NCBI GenBank assembly: GCA_951406725.2
Contig: OX597818.1
Location: forward strand, 53,940,001-54,004,000
Origin: Octopus vulgaris
Taxonomy: Eukaryota
Direction of reading: 5' to 3'
Length of the DNA stretch: 64,000 nucleotides
Part shown: piece by piece, positions 1-14,249 of the stretch
How positions within the stretch are numbered: position 1 is the first letter of the stretch
Layout: each line of letters begins with the position of its first letter
Made by a program: the position numbers and the translations under genes
The notes under the pieces: generated by a model
Databases searched by the model: none
Seen by the model: only the letters and a program-made list of their open reading frames with translations
What the model was told of the DNA's origin: nothing

Positions 1-52
1 GAATGGAAAACAGATGTCAAACGAGGAGGAGGAGGAGGAGGCGGAGGGGTTT

Positions 53-210
53 GAAGAAGAAGAAGAAGAAGAAGAAGAAGAAGAAGAAGAAGAAGAAGAA
101 GAAGAAGAAGAAGAAGAAGAAGAAGAAGAAGGAAGAAGAAGAAGAAGAAGAAGAAGAAGAAGAAGAAGAAGAAGAGGGACAGTAGGAAGAAGAAGAAGAA
201 GAAGAAGAAG
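53..210. repeat. (GAA)n microsatellite
   Basis: Seen directly. Confidence 0.98.
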
Positions 211-1162
211 GAGAAATGGGGAAGGGGAAAGGAGGGTGGGGGGAAGGGGAAGAAGAGGAGGAAGGAGAATCCAAACCTCGGTTCCTTAACTGGTAATTCT
301 TCAATTAACTTTGGTTTTCTTTCTGTCTGGGGTCTTCTGGACATAGACTCAGACTCACCAAAGTCTAGTGAGTGGATTTGCTAGATGGAAACTGAAGGAA
401 GCCTATTGTACATACATATATATATAGAGAGAGATGCACAAGTGGCTGTGTGGTAAGTAGCTTTCTTACCAACCACATGGTTCCGGGTTCAGTCCCACTG
501 CATGACACCTTGGACAAGTGTCTTCTACTATAGCCTCGAGCCAACCAAAGCCTTGTGAGTGGATTTGGTAGCCAGAAACTGAAAGAAGCCCATGTGTGTG
601 TGTGTAAGTACATGTTTGTGTGTCTGTGTTTTTTCCCCACCATCGCTTGACAACCAATGACAACTGATGTTGGAGTATTTACATCCCTCTAACTTATCAG
701 TTCAGCAAAAGAGACCAATAGAATAAGTACTAGGCTTACAAAGAATAAGTCCTGAGGTTGATTTACTCGAATAAAGGCGGTGCTCCAGCATGGCTGCAGT
801 CAAGTGACTGAAACAAATAAAAGAATAAGAGAATATTTATATATATATATGTCATTATGCAGAGAAAGAGGGCATTAAATGATGGTGATTCTATCCAACA
901 CACTAATGACCCTGCCAATTAAATAAATCCTAGAGAGAAGTCGAGAGCTTAATGGCATTCCGTTATAAAATGAAAATCACCCTTTCCTTAAGAATATATA
1001 AATGTGCAACACGATATCATCATCATCATCATCATCATCATCCTTTAGCATCTGTTGTCCATGGGTTGGATGGTTTAACCAGGGCTGGTAAGCTGAGGGG
1101 CTGCACCAGACTCCAGTCTGATTTGGCATGGTTTCTATCACCAGGTGCCCTTCCTAATACCA

Positions 1163-1198
<36 letters not shown>

Positions 1199-1584
1199 CT
1201 TCATCATCGTTTAATGTCTGCTTTCCATGCTAGAATGGGTTGGACGATTTGACTGAGGGCTGGCGAACCAGATGGCTGCACCAGGCTCCAATTTTGATCT
1301 GGCAGGGTTTCTACAGCTGGATGCCCTTCCTAATGCCCCCCCCCCCCCCGAGTGTAGTGGGTGCTTTTACATAGCATCGGCACGAGGGCCAGTCAGGCGG
1401 TACTGACAACAGCCACACTCAAATGATGTTTTTTACATGCCACCTGCACAGGAGCCAGTCCAGCGGCACTGGCAACAACCTTGCTTGAATGTTTTTTCAC
1501 ATGTCACCGGAACAAGTGCCAGACGCTGGCAATGATCACGATTGAATGGTGCTTTTTACGTATATATATATGTGTGTGTGTATA

Positions 1585-1632
<48 letters not shown>

Positions 1633-1999
1633 TAACTATACATCATCCTCATCATTTAATGTCTGTTTGCTATGCTGGCATGGGTTGGCTGGTTTGACCT
1701 GGGCTGGTAAGCTGAGGGGCTGCACCAAACTCCAGTATGATCTGGCATGGTTTCTACAACTGGATGCCCTTCCTAATGCCAACCACTCCAAGAATGTAGT
1801 GGGTGCTTTTACATACCACCAGCACAGGCGCCAGTTGCATGACACCAGTATCTGCCACAACTATAGTTTCATTTGGCTTGATGGGTCTTCTTCTCAAGCA
1901 CAGTATATTACCAAAGATCTCGGCCATTTGTCATTGCCTCCATGAGGCTCAAAGCTCAAAAGGTACTCGAAAGTATATATAATGAAAAGAGGACAGACA

Positions 2000-2510
2000 G
2001 CTGAATAAGAAGGAGGCCTTGATGAGATGTGGCGTGTCAATATTGCTGAAGATAAGGCTACTTCGGACTGCCACTTTCTCTATTGCGACGTATGGCTGTG
2101 AGTCGTGGACAATGCTGACGGCAGACGAGAAAAGATTGAGCGCTTTTGAAATGTGGTGTTACCGCAGAATCCTTAGAGTGTCGTGGACGGAGAGAAGGAT
2201 GAACAACTGGGTACTAGAAAAGCTCGGTTGCGAGATGACGCATCGGCGAAACATCATGAAGCGGAAGCTATGGTTCTTTGGCCACGTCATGCACAGAGAT
2301 GGACTTGAGCAAAGGGTCATAACTGGCAAAGTGAACGGCAGACGTCAAAGAGGCAGAGCACCCACTTCTTGGCTGAAAGACATCGCAGCCACAGGATTGT
2401 CTTTATTCTCAGCTGTCCATGGGGTACAGGACAGGAGAAGGTGGTAAGACATCGCGATGACCACAGCATCGCATAGTGCGACACCTGACTAGGATGATGA
2501 TGATGATGAC
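2000..2510 (+). mobile_element. RTE-clade LINE 3' fragment
   Basis: YGCESWT...AFEMWCYRRILRVSWTE...KLWFFGHVM...GRRQRGR...W...DRRRW, then a (GAT)n tail. Confidence 0.9.
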
Positions 2511-2879
2511 TAGATGAATGTGGTGAATGTATATGGCTTAGTGACTAGTTGTATTTCGCTCAGGGGCATAAGGTTGTGAGTTCAAATCCTGGTAGCATGT
2601 TGTGTTATTGAGGAAGCTGCTATATTTCTCACTGCTCTAATCCACTCAGCTGGCAAAAATGAGTTGAACCTGTAATTCAAAGGGCCAGCCTTGACACATT
2701 TTGTGTCACACTGAGTCTCCCTGAGAACTATCCATGGAGTGTTTAGCAACTTGCATGTTAATTTCACAAGCAGGCTGTTCCATTGATTGGATCAACTGGA
2801 AACCTCATCATCATAACCGATGAAGAATCAGTTTTAAAATGAACATGATATCGATTATCCATTTGTTCATTTTGATCTG

Positions 2880-3640
2880 CCTGCTAGGGGTAGAGCCCTC
2901 AACCACCTCCTCCATAGGGTCCTATCAGAAGCAACCATCATTACACTTTCCAGCTGGATTACCAAGTTTGACCAAATGAGACTATGGACATTAGTTGCTC
3001 AGCTTGAAGAATCTGTCTTGCGACAATTCTTTCCTGCAGCATTCCAATCACAAGCGTCGTACCAGAGTTGTGACTTCACAATACAAAAAAGAGACAAACT
3101 GGAATTGGAGAGACTCCCATGGTGGCCAATGCCAGCACCGCCTTGACTGGATTCCGTGCCAGTGGCATGTAAAAAGCACCAACCAATCGTGGCCGCTGCC
3201 AGCCCTGTCTGGCACCTGTGCCGGTGGCATGTAAAAAGCACACACTACACTCACGGAGTGGTTGGCGTTAGGAAGGGCATCGAGCTGTAGAAACACTGCC
3301 AGTCAGACTGGAGCCTGGTGCAGCCTCCTGGCTTCCCAGACCCTGGTCGAACTGTCCAACCCATGATAGCATGGAAAACAGACGTTAAACGATGATGATG
3401 ATGATGATGAACCTTGACGAGTATGTTACACCAAGGATCTTTCAGAGACCCCCCATTTTGGTCGCTTGTGTTTGACATTGTGCCCTTTCAGTCATCACCC
3501 AACATCCATGACCACATTGACCAGTGAGATTACATTATAAAGTAGATACCAACTGTTGGAATGTCCTGAATTTTCTTCAATTTGGATGAACGAAGGAATC
3601 TCTGCAATGTTTTCTCCAAAGTTTGGTGCCGGAACCAAAA
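2880..3640 (-). mobile_element. Decayed RTE-like LINE 3' fragment interrupted by a younger RTE 3'UTR copy (3117-3410)
   Basis: On -, the 3' part reads ...ESVMMVASDRTLWRRW..., a typical RTE terminal DRxxWR motif. Confidence 0.5.
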
Positions 3641-3720
3641 GAGATGAATAGATTTCCAGAAACAAATAGTCGTCATCGTCCTACAAAAAGAAATCACAAA
3701 CCAAAAGACAATAAATTAAA

Positions 3721-3721
<1 letters not shown>

Positions 3722-3762
<41 letters not shown>

Positions 3763-3815
3763 CAGCATTAGTAGTAGTAGCAATAGTAGTAGTAGTAGCA
3801 GCAGCAGCAGCAGTA

Positions 3816-3860
<45 letters not shown>

Positions 3861-3903
3861 ATGGTAGTAGTAGTGGTAGTAGTAGCAGCAGCAGTAGTAG
3901 TAT

Positions 3904-3944
<41 letters not shown>

Positions 3945-3987
3945 ATGGTAGTAGTAGTGGTAGTAGTAGCAGCAGCAGTAGTAGTAT

Positions 3988-4022
<35 letters not shown>

Positions 4023-4264
4023 ATGGTAGTAGTAGTGGTAGTAGTAGCAGCAGCAGTAGTAGTATTAGTAGTAGTAGTAGTAGTAGCAGCAGCAGTAACA
4101 TTAGTAGTAGTGGTAGTAGTAGTAGTAGCATTATTTGTAGTGGTAGCAGCAGCAGCTGCATTAGTAGTAGTAGTAGTAGTAGAAGCAGCAGCAACATTAG
4201 TTTTAGTAGTAGTAGTAGTTGTAGTAGTAGTAGCAGCATTTCTGGTAGTAGTAGTAGTAGTAGT
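3722..4264. repeat. (AGT/AGC)n compound microsatellite
   Basis: Seen directly; contains internal higher-order repeats of 70-80 bp. Confidence 0.98.
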
Positions 4265-5145
4265 CTTGCAGGCTTGTGGGTGCTGGTGCCACACTAAACT
4301 ACCCGTGTTGACGCCACATGCTAGTGCTACATGATAGCACAAAGGCACTCATGTTGACATCACTAAATGTGCCAGTCCCAGAGCCAAGTAAAATGCACAC
4401 TGTGCACTCCGTAAGGTGGTTGGCATTGGGAAGGGCATCCAGCCATAGAAAACCATGCCAAAACAAATAAATGAGGGGCACACGCAGTGCTTCAGCTGAC
4501 CAACTCCTGTCAAACCAACACATGCCAGCATAGAGAACAGACATTAAAAGATAGTGATGAAGATGATGATGATGAAGTGGTATCTTATATAATATGATAT
4601 CTTTATGATATCTTATATAATATATTCATTGAAGAAATATCCCTTCAAAATACGATATATTAAGCCAGTATATCTAGGTTAATAATATCCCTATAAGTGG
4701 TTTGAATATCTTCATTGTGACTATGTATATGTGTATGTGTGTGTGTATCATCATCATCATATAACACACACATATATATATCATCATCATCATCATCGTT
4801 TAACATCCACTTTCCATGCTAGCATGGGTTGGACGATTTTGACTGAGGACTGGCAAACCAGATTCCCGCACCAGACTCCAATCTTGATCTGGCAGAGTTT
4901 CTACAGCTGGATGCCCTTCCTAATGCTAATCCATATATAAATTCATATATATATACATATATATATATATATATGGATTGATAGATACACAGAGAGAGAG
5001 AAAGATGGATAGATATACATACATATACACACAAATGTATATAAGTCAAACAGATATACAAATAATTCTAAAGCAAAATAAATCAAATAACACAGTTGAG
5101 ACATGAAAAAAAAACAAACGTTGACAGTTTAAATGAGTGACTTAC

Positions 5146-5352
5146 TTTTAATTTAACCTTTAAGCCAAATTCTGGTTGAGTACCATTCTCTTCTAAAAAC
5201 TTATGAGCATCCTTCATCTGATTCTCAATAAACTTTTTATAAGCTGTTGGGTCACTTTGAACCATGTCATCAAGCATTGACCAAATCTGTTCAGCTTGCT
5301 GGAGAACTGTGTCCTGTCCAGAGTTCCGCATGTTTGGTAGAATTGACACCAT
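5146..5352 (-). CDS. PIH1D2: PIH1 domain-containing protein 2, first coding exon (69 codons); downstream exons not found in the window
   Basis: Bounded by ttgcag|ATG and AAA|gtaagt. Encodes MVSILPNMRNSGQDTVLQQAEQIWSMLDDMVQSDPTAYKKFIENQMKDAHKF..., which matches the recalled PIH1D2 N-terminus (QFWNLLDDLAQSDPEGYEKFIQQQLKE). Confidence 0.85.
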
Positions 5353-6985
5353 CTGCAAGAGAATTAGTGTTAAGATTAAATAGCAAGATGGCACGTAAAA
5401 AGCACCCACTACACTCATGGAGTGGTTGGCGTTAGGAAGGGCATCCAGCCATAGAAACATTACCAGATCAAACTGGGCCTGGTGCAGCCTTCTGGCTTCC
5501 CAGACCCCAGTTGAACCGTCCAACCCATGCTAGCATGGAAGGCGGACGCTAAACGATGATGATGATGATGATGATGATGGCAGAACCGGTAGCATGCCAG
5601 ACAAAATGTTGAGCAGCATTTCGTCTGTCTTCTCGTTCTGAGCTCAAATACCACCAAGGTGGACTTTGCCTTTCATCCTTTCAGAAGTCAATAGAATAAG
5701 TAGCAGTCGAGCGCCGGGGAGAGAGTGGGTCAATGTAATCGATTTACCCCCACCTCCAAGCTTCCACCCTTAAATTGCTAGGCTTGTGCCAAAATTTGAA
5801 ACCGATTCCCACCCATGCCAGCATGGAAGGCGGACGATGATGATGATGATGATGATACTCTCTCTCTTTTTCTCTTTTACTTGTTTCAGTCATTTGACTG
5901 AGGCCATGCTGGAACACCGCCTTTAGTCGAGCAAATCGACCCCAGGACTTATTCTTTGGAAGCCAAGTACTTATTCTATGGGTCTCTCTTGCCGAACTGC
6001 TAAGTTACACGGATGTAAACACACCAGCATCGGTTGTCAAGCAATGTTGTGGGGACAAACACAGACACACAAACACACATATATATATATACATATACAT
6101 ATATACAACATGCTTCTTTCAGTTTCCATCTACCAAATCCACTCACAAGGCTTTGGTCGGCCCGAGGCTATAGTAGAAGACACATGCCCAAGATGCCACA
6201 GGCAGTGGGACTGAAACCAGAACCATGTTGTTGGTAAGCAAGCTACTTACCACACAGCCACTCCTGCAAATATGGCAAAGTTGCAACAAAGGCTACTGAT
6301 AGCAGGTCAAGTTTTCAAATGGAACACACTAAGACATGTTACCATAGGTTGTGATTAACTTTGTTGAGAAAGAAAATTTGAAGAGAGTTAGTTGAAGAGA
6401 GGAGATAACTCAGGTGTGTTCTGGTTAAGTGCAATGGAGGGAAAACTAATCAATTTGAATGATTAGTTGAATTTTTGAACTGTGTAGATGGTAGGAAGAC
6501 ATTTGGACAAGAGAAAGATAGTTTGGAAGAAGTTCTGTCATATCTATCTGTAGTGGTGATGGTACTAAATGAGGTACTTTTTGGAAATCTCACCCCCATT
6601 AAAAAATGGGGTTATCTCCCCTCTAAAAAACTTTTTTAATGGGGTTGAGATAACCAAAAAGTACCCTAAATGATTATGGTAGTAGTATTGGTGTAAGGCG
6701 GCGAACTGGCAGAAACGTTAGCACGCCGGGCGAAATGCGTAGCTGTATTTCGTCTGCCGTTATGTCCTGAGTTCAAATTCCGCCGAGGTCGACTTTGCCT
6801 TTCATCCTTTCGGGGTTGTGAATGGATCTGGTAGACGGAAACTGAAAGAAACCTGCTCTGTGTATATGTGTGTCCCACCACCACTTGACAACCGGTGCTA
6901 GGGTCGATTCATTCAACTAATACAAGTTATTCAAGGTGGTGCCCCAGCATGGCCACAGTCTAATAACAGAAACAAGTAAAAGATG

Positions 6986-7074
<89 letters not shown>

Positions 7075-7579
7075 AATATATATGTATGACGGCTGTGTGG
7101 TAAGTAGCTTGCTTACCAACCACATGGTTCTGGGTTCAGTCCCACTGCGTGGCATCTTGGGCAAGTGTCTTCTAGTATGGCCTCGGGCCGACCAAAGCCT
7201 TGTGAGTGGATTTGGTAGACGGAAACTGAAAGAAGCCCGTCGTATATATGTATGTGTATGTGTGTGTGTGTGTGTTTGTGTGTCTGTGTTGTCTCCCCAA
7301 CATCGCCTGCTGGTGTGTCTACATCCCCGTAACTTAGCGGTTCGGCAAATGTGAACGATAGAATAAGTACTAGGCTTACAAAGAATAAGTGCTGGGGTCG
7401 AGTTGCTCGACTAAAAGGCGGTGCTCCAGTATGGCTACAGTCAAATGACTGAAACAATTAAAAGACTATATATATATATATATATATATATAGGCGGAGG
7501 TAAAGGATACGTGCACCGCCGGTTTTCGGCTTGACAAAACCCTAACCACCGGGCGTACGTATTCTTTAACTTAGATTAT

Positions 7580-7670
<91 letters not shown>

Positions 7671-7726
7671 CCGGGCGATTTCTTTCCGTTCCCCTCACAG
7701 GAAAGCCTTAAATTGCTGTGTCTTAC

Positions 7727-8272
7727 CTTAAATCACGCCAAAACGGAGGATTCTGGTGAAAAACCGTTCAAAGACAAAAATCTCGGCAACTTTTACTTGA
7801 ATTATTCTCTCAAAGTTTGTTTTACTAAAACTAATCAACCACTTTTTAAACATCACATTTACATTTACGGGCTACGAATTTGTATTATTTACACGTATCC
7901 CTGGCAACAGCTAATCACTTCCACCACCACCACCACTGCCACCACCGCCGCCGCCGCCACCACCATCACGACCAACAATTGATACCTTCCCTACCCCTAC
8001 TCCCTAACTTCTGTGTACATCGCATCGTGACCCGAGCGAAAAAGGTCAGATCCGGTTTGTACAGCGTACACTCTTCCTTTACAGAGTTTGGTGATGTAAT
8101 ATTTGCCGGAAGTCGATACGGTGAAAACAAATTCTGTACTCCAAAGGTATTATATACACTTGAGGTGTATATACATATATATATATATTTATATATATAC
8201 ATAAACACACGCATTTTAGATCATACTGTTCGAGATTCCATTTTCTTTGATGTTTATGACATAAAACTGACG
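7727..8272. promoter_or_regulatory. Putative bidirectional promoter with non-coding first exons of PIH1D2 (-) and NKAPD1 (+)
   Basis: TE-free, CpG-containing segment between two TA microsatellites. It ends in outward-facing strong donors: AAG|gtaaga on - (exon end 7727) and ACG|gtaagt on + (exon end 8272). It contains an X-box. Confidence 0.55.
7895..7908. promoter_or_regulatory. RFX X-box-like motif with adjacent forkhead-type site
   Basis: GTATCCCTGGCAAC fits the X-box pattern GTNNCC-N(0-3)-RGYAAC; TATTTAC lies at 7886-7892. Confidence 0.55.
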
Positions 8273-8319
8273 GTAAGTCGAGGTTTGTGTGTTTTCTTGC
8301 ACCCCCCTAGTTACATCTA

Positions 8320-8634
8320 ATATATATATATATATATATATACATATATATGTATGTATGTATATATATATATACATATATATATATGTATATACATATA
8401 TATATATGTATCTATATACATATATGTATGTATATATATATGTATCTATATATATATATGTATGTATATATATATATATCTATATACATATATGTATGTA
8501 TATATATATGTATCTATATACATATATGTATGTATATATGTATGTATACATATATATATACACACATATATATATAGATATACATGTGTATATATATATA
8601 TAAACATATATATATATAAACATATATATATATA

Positions 8635-8670
<36 letters not shown>

Positions 8671-8726
8671 CATATATATATATAAACATACATATATATA
8701 TAAATGTATATATATATATATAATAC

Positions 8727-8758
<32 letters not shown>

Positions 8759-8786
8759 ATGTATATGTGTATATATATTTATATAT
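8320..8786. repeat. (TA)n-rich microsatellite
   Basis: Seen directly. Confidence 0.97.
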
Positions 8787-10339
8787 CGTCCTTCAACCCT
8801 CGTTTAAATGTCTCTTCGACCTACCTTGCAATGTTGCTTGATTTATGCCGGTAACTGTAAGTTGTTTAGTTTTTTTGGGGGCCCTGAAGGAGCAAACCAA
8901 TGATGATCAAATACTTTCCAGCTATACCATCCTATCTATCTATTTATTTATTCTTAAGGATCCCTTGATCCCTAAAAGAATATATTGGCGGCATTATCTC
9001 AAATACTTTTCTTTTTATTAAAAATAGTAAGGATGTACGATTTGAGGGAAATTTGGGTGCAATTTTTAGCGATCACTTACTTTAAAGAGACTCGCCATTG
9101 TAAGAAAATTAAATAATTTTTTTCTTTTTAATCTCTTCATTAACAGAGCTGACTTCGAAAAAGAAATTATAAAAGAAATTATTTAAAATTCCTGCTTGCA
9201 AACATGTTGCAAAAAACATCAGTTTTTGCCAAACAAGCATTTAATTTAAAAGCAATTTACCCACATAAATACGTGTATAAGTGTTTAGGTATCTGTCTAG
9301 CCATGTATCTATAAAGACCCCTAACAGATACCTGTTCTATATGAGTGAATGTGTGTCTGAGCCCTTTCTTCTTACCGTTATATTAATTAGGTACTTGCGA
9401 TACAAGTACCTTAAAATTATATTAAAAATCTTCTTAAATAGTACCAAAATTTAAATCTAGCAATTTTTCTCACTTATGGTAATTGAAAAAAAAATGACTT
9501 TGCTGTTTAACCCCAAGAAAGGCTTGATCCAGCAGAGGTGTGATCAGAAGCATTCGAGTTATGATCATCCTGATTATTTAATAAAGAAACCCCGGATTAC
9601 ATTGTTCAACGTGTCCTCATTTCTGTTTATTTGTTTGTAATCTTGCATTATGTTTCGGATGGAGACTTAGCTGCTATTTCTAACAAATCTATATATGTCT
9701 ACAGGGACACCTTTGTTTAAAACTCAGTTACAATATCTGTTAGGCGGGATACGATCAGTGAAGCCTAACCCCGGGCTTTTTTAATTATCGATCCGGGAAG
9801 AGAGACTAATGACAAAAACCGTCTCCGTCGGGATTCGAACTCCAAATCTTTTAGCCAAGTGTACTTGATATATCTTTGCCATCTGCACCAACGATTCACA
9901 GTTAACTGGAGCACTTTGGTGGTATATGGTTTCCAATTATTTTTTACTGTGACTTTGTCGAATCGATTTTCTGTTAGCAGAAACCTACTTATTACATTTT
10001 ATAGCAATATTATTTATATTTTATGGCCTACAAATGAAATTAGTGTCTGTGCCAGAATATACCCAGCTAAATATAATTGTGCAAATTATTTGTGCTCAGC
10101 AGATTCTTTGAGTAATTGAGAGGGAATCACGAGATTCGTACAAATAATATACATACATGCATGTACCTATGTATGTATGTATGTTTGTATAGATGGATGT
10201 CAGTAAGTACATTTCATTCGTCATCGGGAACGTGGAAATTTTTAGCTACACCGTAAGAATCTCACCTTATAACATATATATGTATGTATGTATGTGTACT
10301 TTTTTGTGGAGTACATTTGTGCACTCAAATGTGTGTATA

Positions 10340-10515
10340 TGATAGATAGAAAGATAAATAGAGAGATAGATAGGTAGGTAGGTAGATAGATAAATAGATG
10401 GATAGATAGATAGACAGATAGATAAATAGATAGACAGATAGATAGGTGGATGGATGGATAGATAGGTAGATGGATGGATGGATAGATAGATATATTGATA
10501 GATAGATATAGATAT
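10340..10515. repeat. (GATA/GGTA/GATG)n microsatellite
   Basis: Seen directly. Confidence 0.95.
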
Positions 10516-12502
10516 ACATGCGTATATATTTCTCTATGTATGTATGTGTACTTTTTTGTGGAGTACATTTGTGCACTCAAATGTGTGTATATGATAGATA
10601 GATAGATGTGTGTGTGCGGTTTGTTCCCTAAGTGCGTTTTTATTAAGGATTGTCGATTCGTTGATTTGTTTTACATTAAGGAATTCCAAAGTTTATGCCG
10701 ATGAAATCTTGCTTACGAAGAAAGAAAGAAAAGACGAATCATCAGTTTTGATTTTAGAGTGAAGAGAGAGAATGAGACAGAGAGGGGGGGTTCGGCCTTT
10801 TAAAAATGGCTGCACGGTGCTGGAAGTAGATTTCGTTAAATCATCATTAATTATATTTCTTTACGGAGTCCACGTATTATGTGTAAACGTTGCTTGGTTT
10901 CTATGTCTTACACCTGCTACATTCGCTCTCCACTAAATCTATTATCAGATGTTACCGTGTGTAAGCCACCAACCAGTCTCTCTCTTCCGGTGCCAAAGAT
11001 GCTTATAACCGAATTCCTCGTGACACCGCAGACATACTTCCATCCGTTGAGACGATTTGTGTACACTCAGATAAAATAGACAAGCTTTTCTATATCTAAA
11101 AACTGATGCAAGATCACAATTAATTCTCACCCGATTTCCCCAGCTTCGTATATACAACATGTGTGCTCTCGGCAGACTTACAAGATTAATTATATTTAGA
11201 AAAAAATATAGTCGTACAATGTACTGATTGACATTTGTCTATAGAAAAAAGGGTGAGATTTATTCAATTTTTGGATTATAACTTTATTAGTACCTATTAT
11301 GTTTTCGGTAGATTTTTGTCACGGATAGTCTGTATCTGTGTCATTCTCCGGCTTATATAATATATACCATCATCATCATCACCATAAAACTATTGCACTG
11401 ATATGAACGGAAAACTACGGGATTATCCTTTCTGTAAATTAATAATATCCAGTGCTTGTTTATATATATATGTTATGCAAACGAGAAAAGCATTACTCGG
11501 AAGTCTAGTTTAGTTTTTTTTTTTTTTTGAATGTGTGAAGTTGATAAACCTCTACGTTGCTCATCGGAATTTTACACCTTGTGTTGGAGTAAATTGCGTG
11601 TGTATATCTATGTGCATATGTGTGTGTATGTATCTCTATACATCTGTGTGCGCTTTTAAATAACTCAACAACCTCGTTTATAGCGAATGCTTGTATTTTT
11701 AAACTTGGTCGTTAATTAATTTCCTATGTCTGTGGCCCAGTGGGGGCAGTATATTTCTAAACCACGGCTCTCATTATATTCTTTATTCATGATGTGCCAC
11801 AGTACTGACAAATATTTCAGTTTTACTATTGAATTGAATCAGGTATTGAATCCTACTGGCAACCTACTTGACACTTCAACTGGTTCCTTGTTATCAGCCC
11901 AGCCAAAAGCCTGGCAAAGAAGCAAGCTCTTGGTGAACATTCTATTAGAGAACCAAACCTCACTGAAATCACAGCTAAATGTCCTCAGTAAGGAAAGGAA
12001 AGGACATATTAGATAATTTACCCCTACATCATCATCATCATATAACGTCCACTTTCCATGCTAGCATGGTTTGGACGGTTTGACTGAGGGCTAGCGAACC
12101 AGATGGCTACACCAGGCTCCAGTCTTGATCTGGCAGAGTTTCTACAGCTGGATGGGCATAGGCCATGAGGTTATGGTCTCACTTGGCTTGCCGGGTCTTC
12201 TCAAGCACAGCATATTTCCAAAGGTCTCGGTCACTAAGTCATTTCCTTGCTGAGGCCTAAAGTTCGAAGGTCGTGCTTCACCACTTCATCCCAGGTCTTC
12301 CTGGGTCTACCTCTTCCACAGGTTCCCTCGAAAAAGGAACTGGTTGCTTCTTGAAAAACTTTGATCATGTCTGCTTAATCGGGATGGATTTGATGCTGAG
12401 CTACAGCCTGCTTCTGGTTTTGCGTTGTCAACCTACTCAAGATCTCCCCAGTTCTGTGTTACTGACCCACCCAAAACTCCCTACATTAAACTGCATATTT
12501 AA

Positions 12503-12714
12503 CTCTTTATCATTCAGATTACTTTGTCAAAAGTAATGCTTATTTATTCACTACATTTTGAATGAAACATGCATTATTTTGTAGCTTTTAAGATCTGGAT
12601 TAGGTAACTGTTAATCTTTACAATGATATTGTCGGATTGGTGTGATAGGCCAGGTCTGGCCAGTTTGAACATAAAACAGGTAGAATATTTGGAGCCAGTT
12701 TGAATGCTAAAGGG
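12503..12714. mobile_element. piggyBac-like MITE; related partial copy at approx. 38720-38880
   Basis: TTAA|CTCTTTATCATTCA...TGAATGCTAAAGGG|TTAA. Confidence 0.65.
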
Positions 12715-13686
12715 TTAAATGAAAATCTCGTTATTACATAATAGATGCAAACATGGCTGTGTGATTAAGAAGTTTGCTTCCTAACTATGAGGTCCCGAGT
12801 TCTGTCACACTGTGTAGTGACTTGGGCGAGTGTCTTCTACTATAACCTTGCATTGACTGAAACCTTGTGAGCAGGTTGGGCAGATGAAAACTGAAAGAAG
12901 CCCATTGTATATGTATGTATGTATATATATATATATATGTGTGTCTGTCATCATCATCGTTTAACGTCCGCTTTCCATGTTAGCATGGGTTTGACGATTT
13001 GACTGAGGACTGGCTGCACCAGGCTCCAGTCTGATCTGGCAGAGTTTCTACAGCTGGATGCCCTTCCTAATGCCAACCACTCCGAGAATGTAGTGGGTGC
13101 TTTTACATGCCACCGGCACAAGGGCCAGTCAGGCGATAGTGGCAATGGCCATGCTCAAATGGTGTTTTTTATGTGCCACCTGCACAGGAGCCAGTCCAGT
13201 GGCACTGGCCACAACCACAGTTGAATGTTTCTTCACATGCCACCAGCACAAGTGCCAATAAGGCGACGCAGGTAACGATCATACTCCGGTAATGATCACA
13301 TGTGTCTGTGTCTTTTAGAGTGGTAAATGAATGTCTGGCCATGGAGAATTGGACCTTAAATGATGATATTAATGCTAACACAAAGGTGGTGAGTTGGTAG
13401 AGTCATTAGCACACCAGGCAAGATGCTTAGTGGTATTTCTTCCATGTTTACAGATCTGAGTTCAAATTCCACTGTGGTTGATTTTGTCTTTCATACCTTC
13501 AGAGTCAATAAAATTAGTACCAGTTGCATACTAGGGTCAGTGTAACTGACTTACGCCCTCCCCCGATTTTGCTGTTCTGCCAAAATTTAAAATCGATATG
13601 AATGCTAAGATAGGACTTATGTTGGTAAATGTTCTGACATAGTTTATGCCAAAACTTCTTAAGCTGCATTTGAAACATTGACTTAA

Positions 13687-14249
13687 CCCTCAGAACCCCA
13701 GCTGCTGCTATTCTGACCACCAGCCAGTATTTTCTGCACTGGAAAACCAGAGAGTAATTGCTGGTTCAGCTGGCACCACAAGCACCAGTATTGGCAATAA
13801 AAGCAGAGCTGTGGAGTCATAACAAAAAACTTTGACTCTGATTCCTCTACTATTGGACACCTCCGACTTCAACTCCTCTTCATGTAACCAAGTGATTGTG
13901 GTCTACATATCTCATAAAGCATATGCATACACTTGTACTCTGAGTAGGCCTATAGGTTATAACTGGTTTTATATTAAAGGATATAGACATTGTGAGTCGG
14001 AGTCGGTAGTATAGTCTCACTGACTCCAACTCCAGCTACCCCTTGTTTCCAGTTCCTGGATAAAACAAAAGAAAAACAATTGGTAAAGAGAGTTTTGCTC
14101 TCTATTTGGCATTTTATTTCAATACAAGAGATAGAAAACAGATTTTAATGATACTGAAACAATATTAGGTGGGAAATCATTTGGGGTGGGGGGCCTCTTT
14201 TACCCAGGGTGAGCGTGCTGAGGCCAACGAGTATCTGGGGTTCAAAGGG
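13687..14249. mobile_element. piggyBac-like MITE
   Basis: TTAA|CCCTCAGAACCCCAG...CTGGGGTTCAAAGGG|TTAA. Confidence 0.6.

Noticed and set aside
277-326. Possible further PIH1D2 exon (TERKPKLIEELPVKEP on -, AG/GT bounded)
   Set aside because: It resembles the LIEE motif late in PIH1D2, but the exons that should precede it were not found between 326 and 5146, and the acceptor side is a decayed SINE. Needs RNA-seq.
3623-4348. Long poly-S/T/L/V ORFs (also 8289-8760, 22645-22995, 56175-56783)
   Set aside because: Translations of microsatellites.
5353-5523. N-terminal extension of the PIH1D2 ORF
   Set aside because: Derived from an RTE 3'UTR copy upstream of the splice acceptor.
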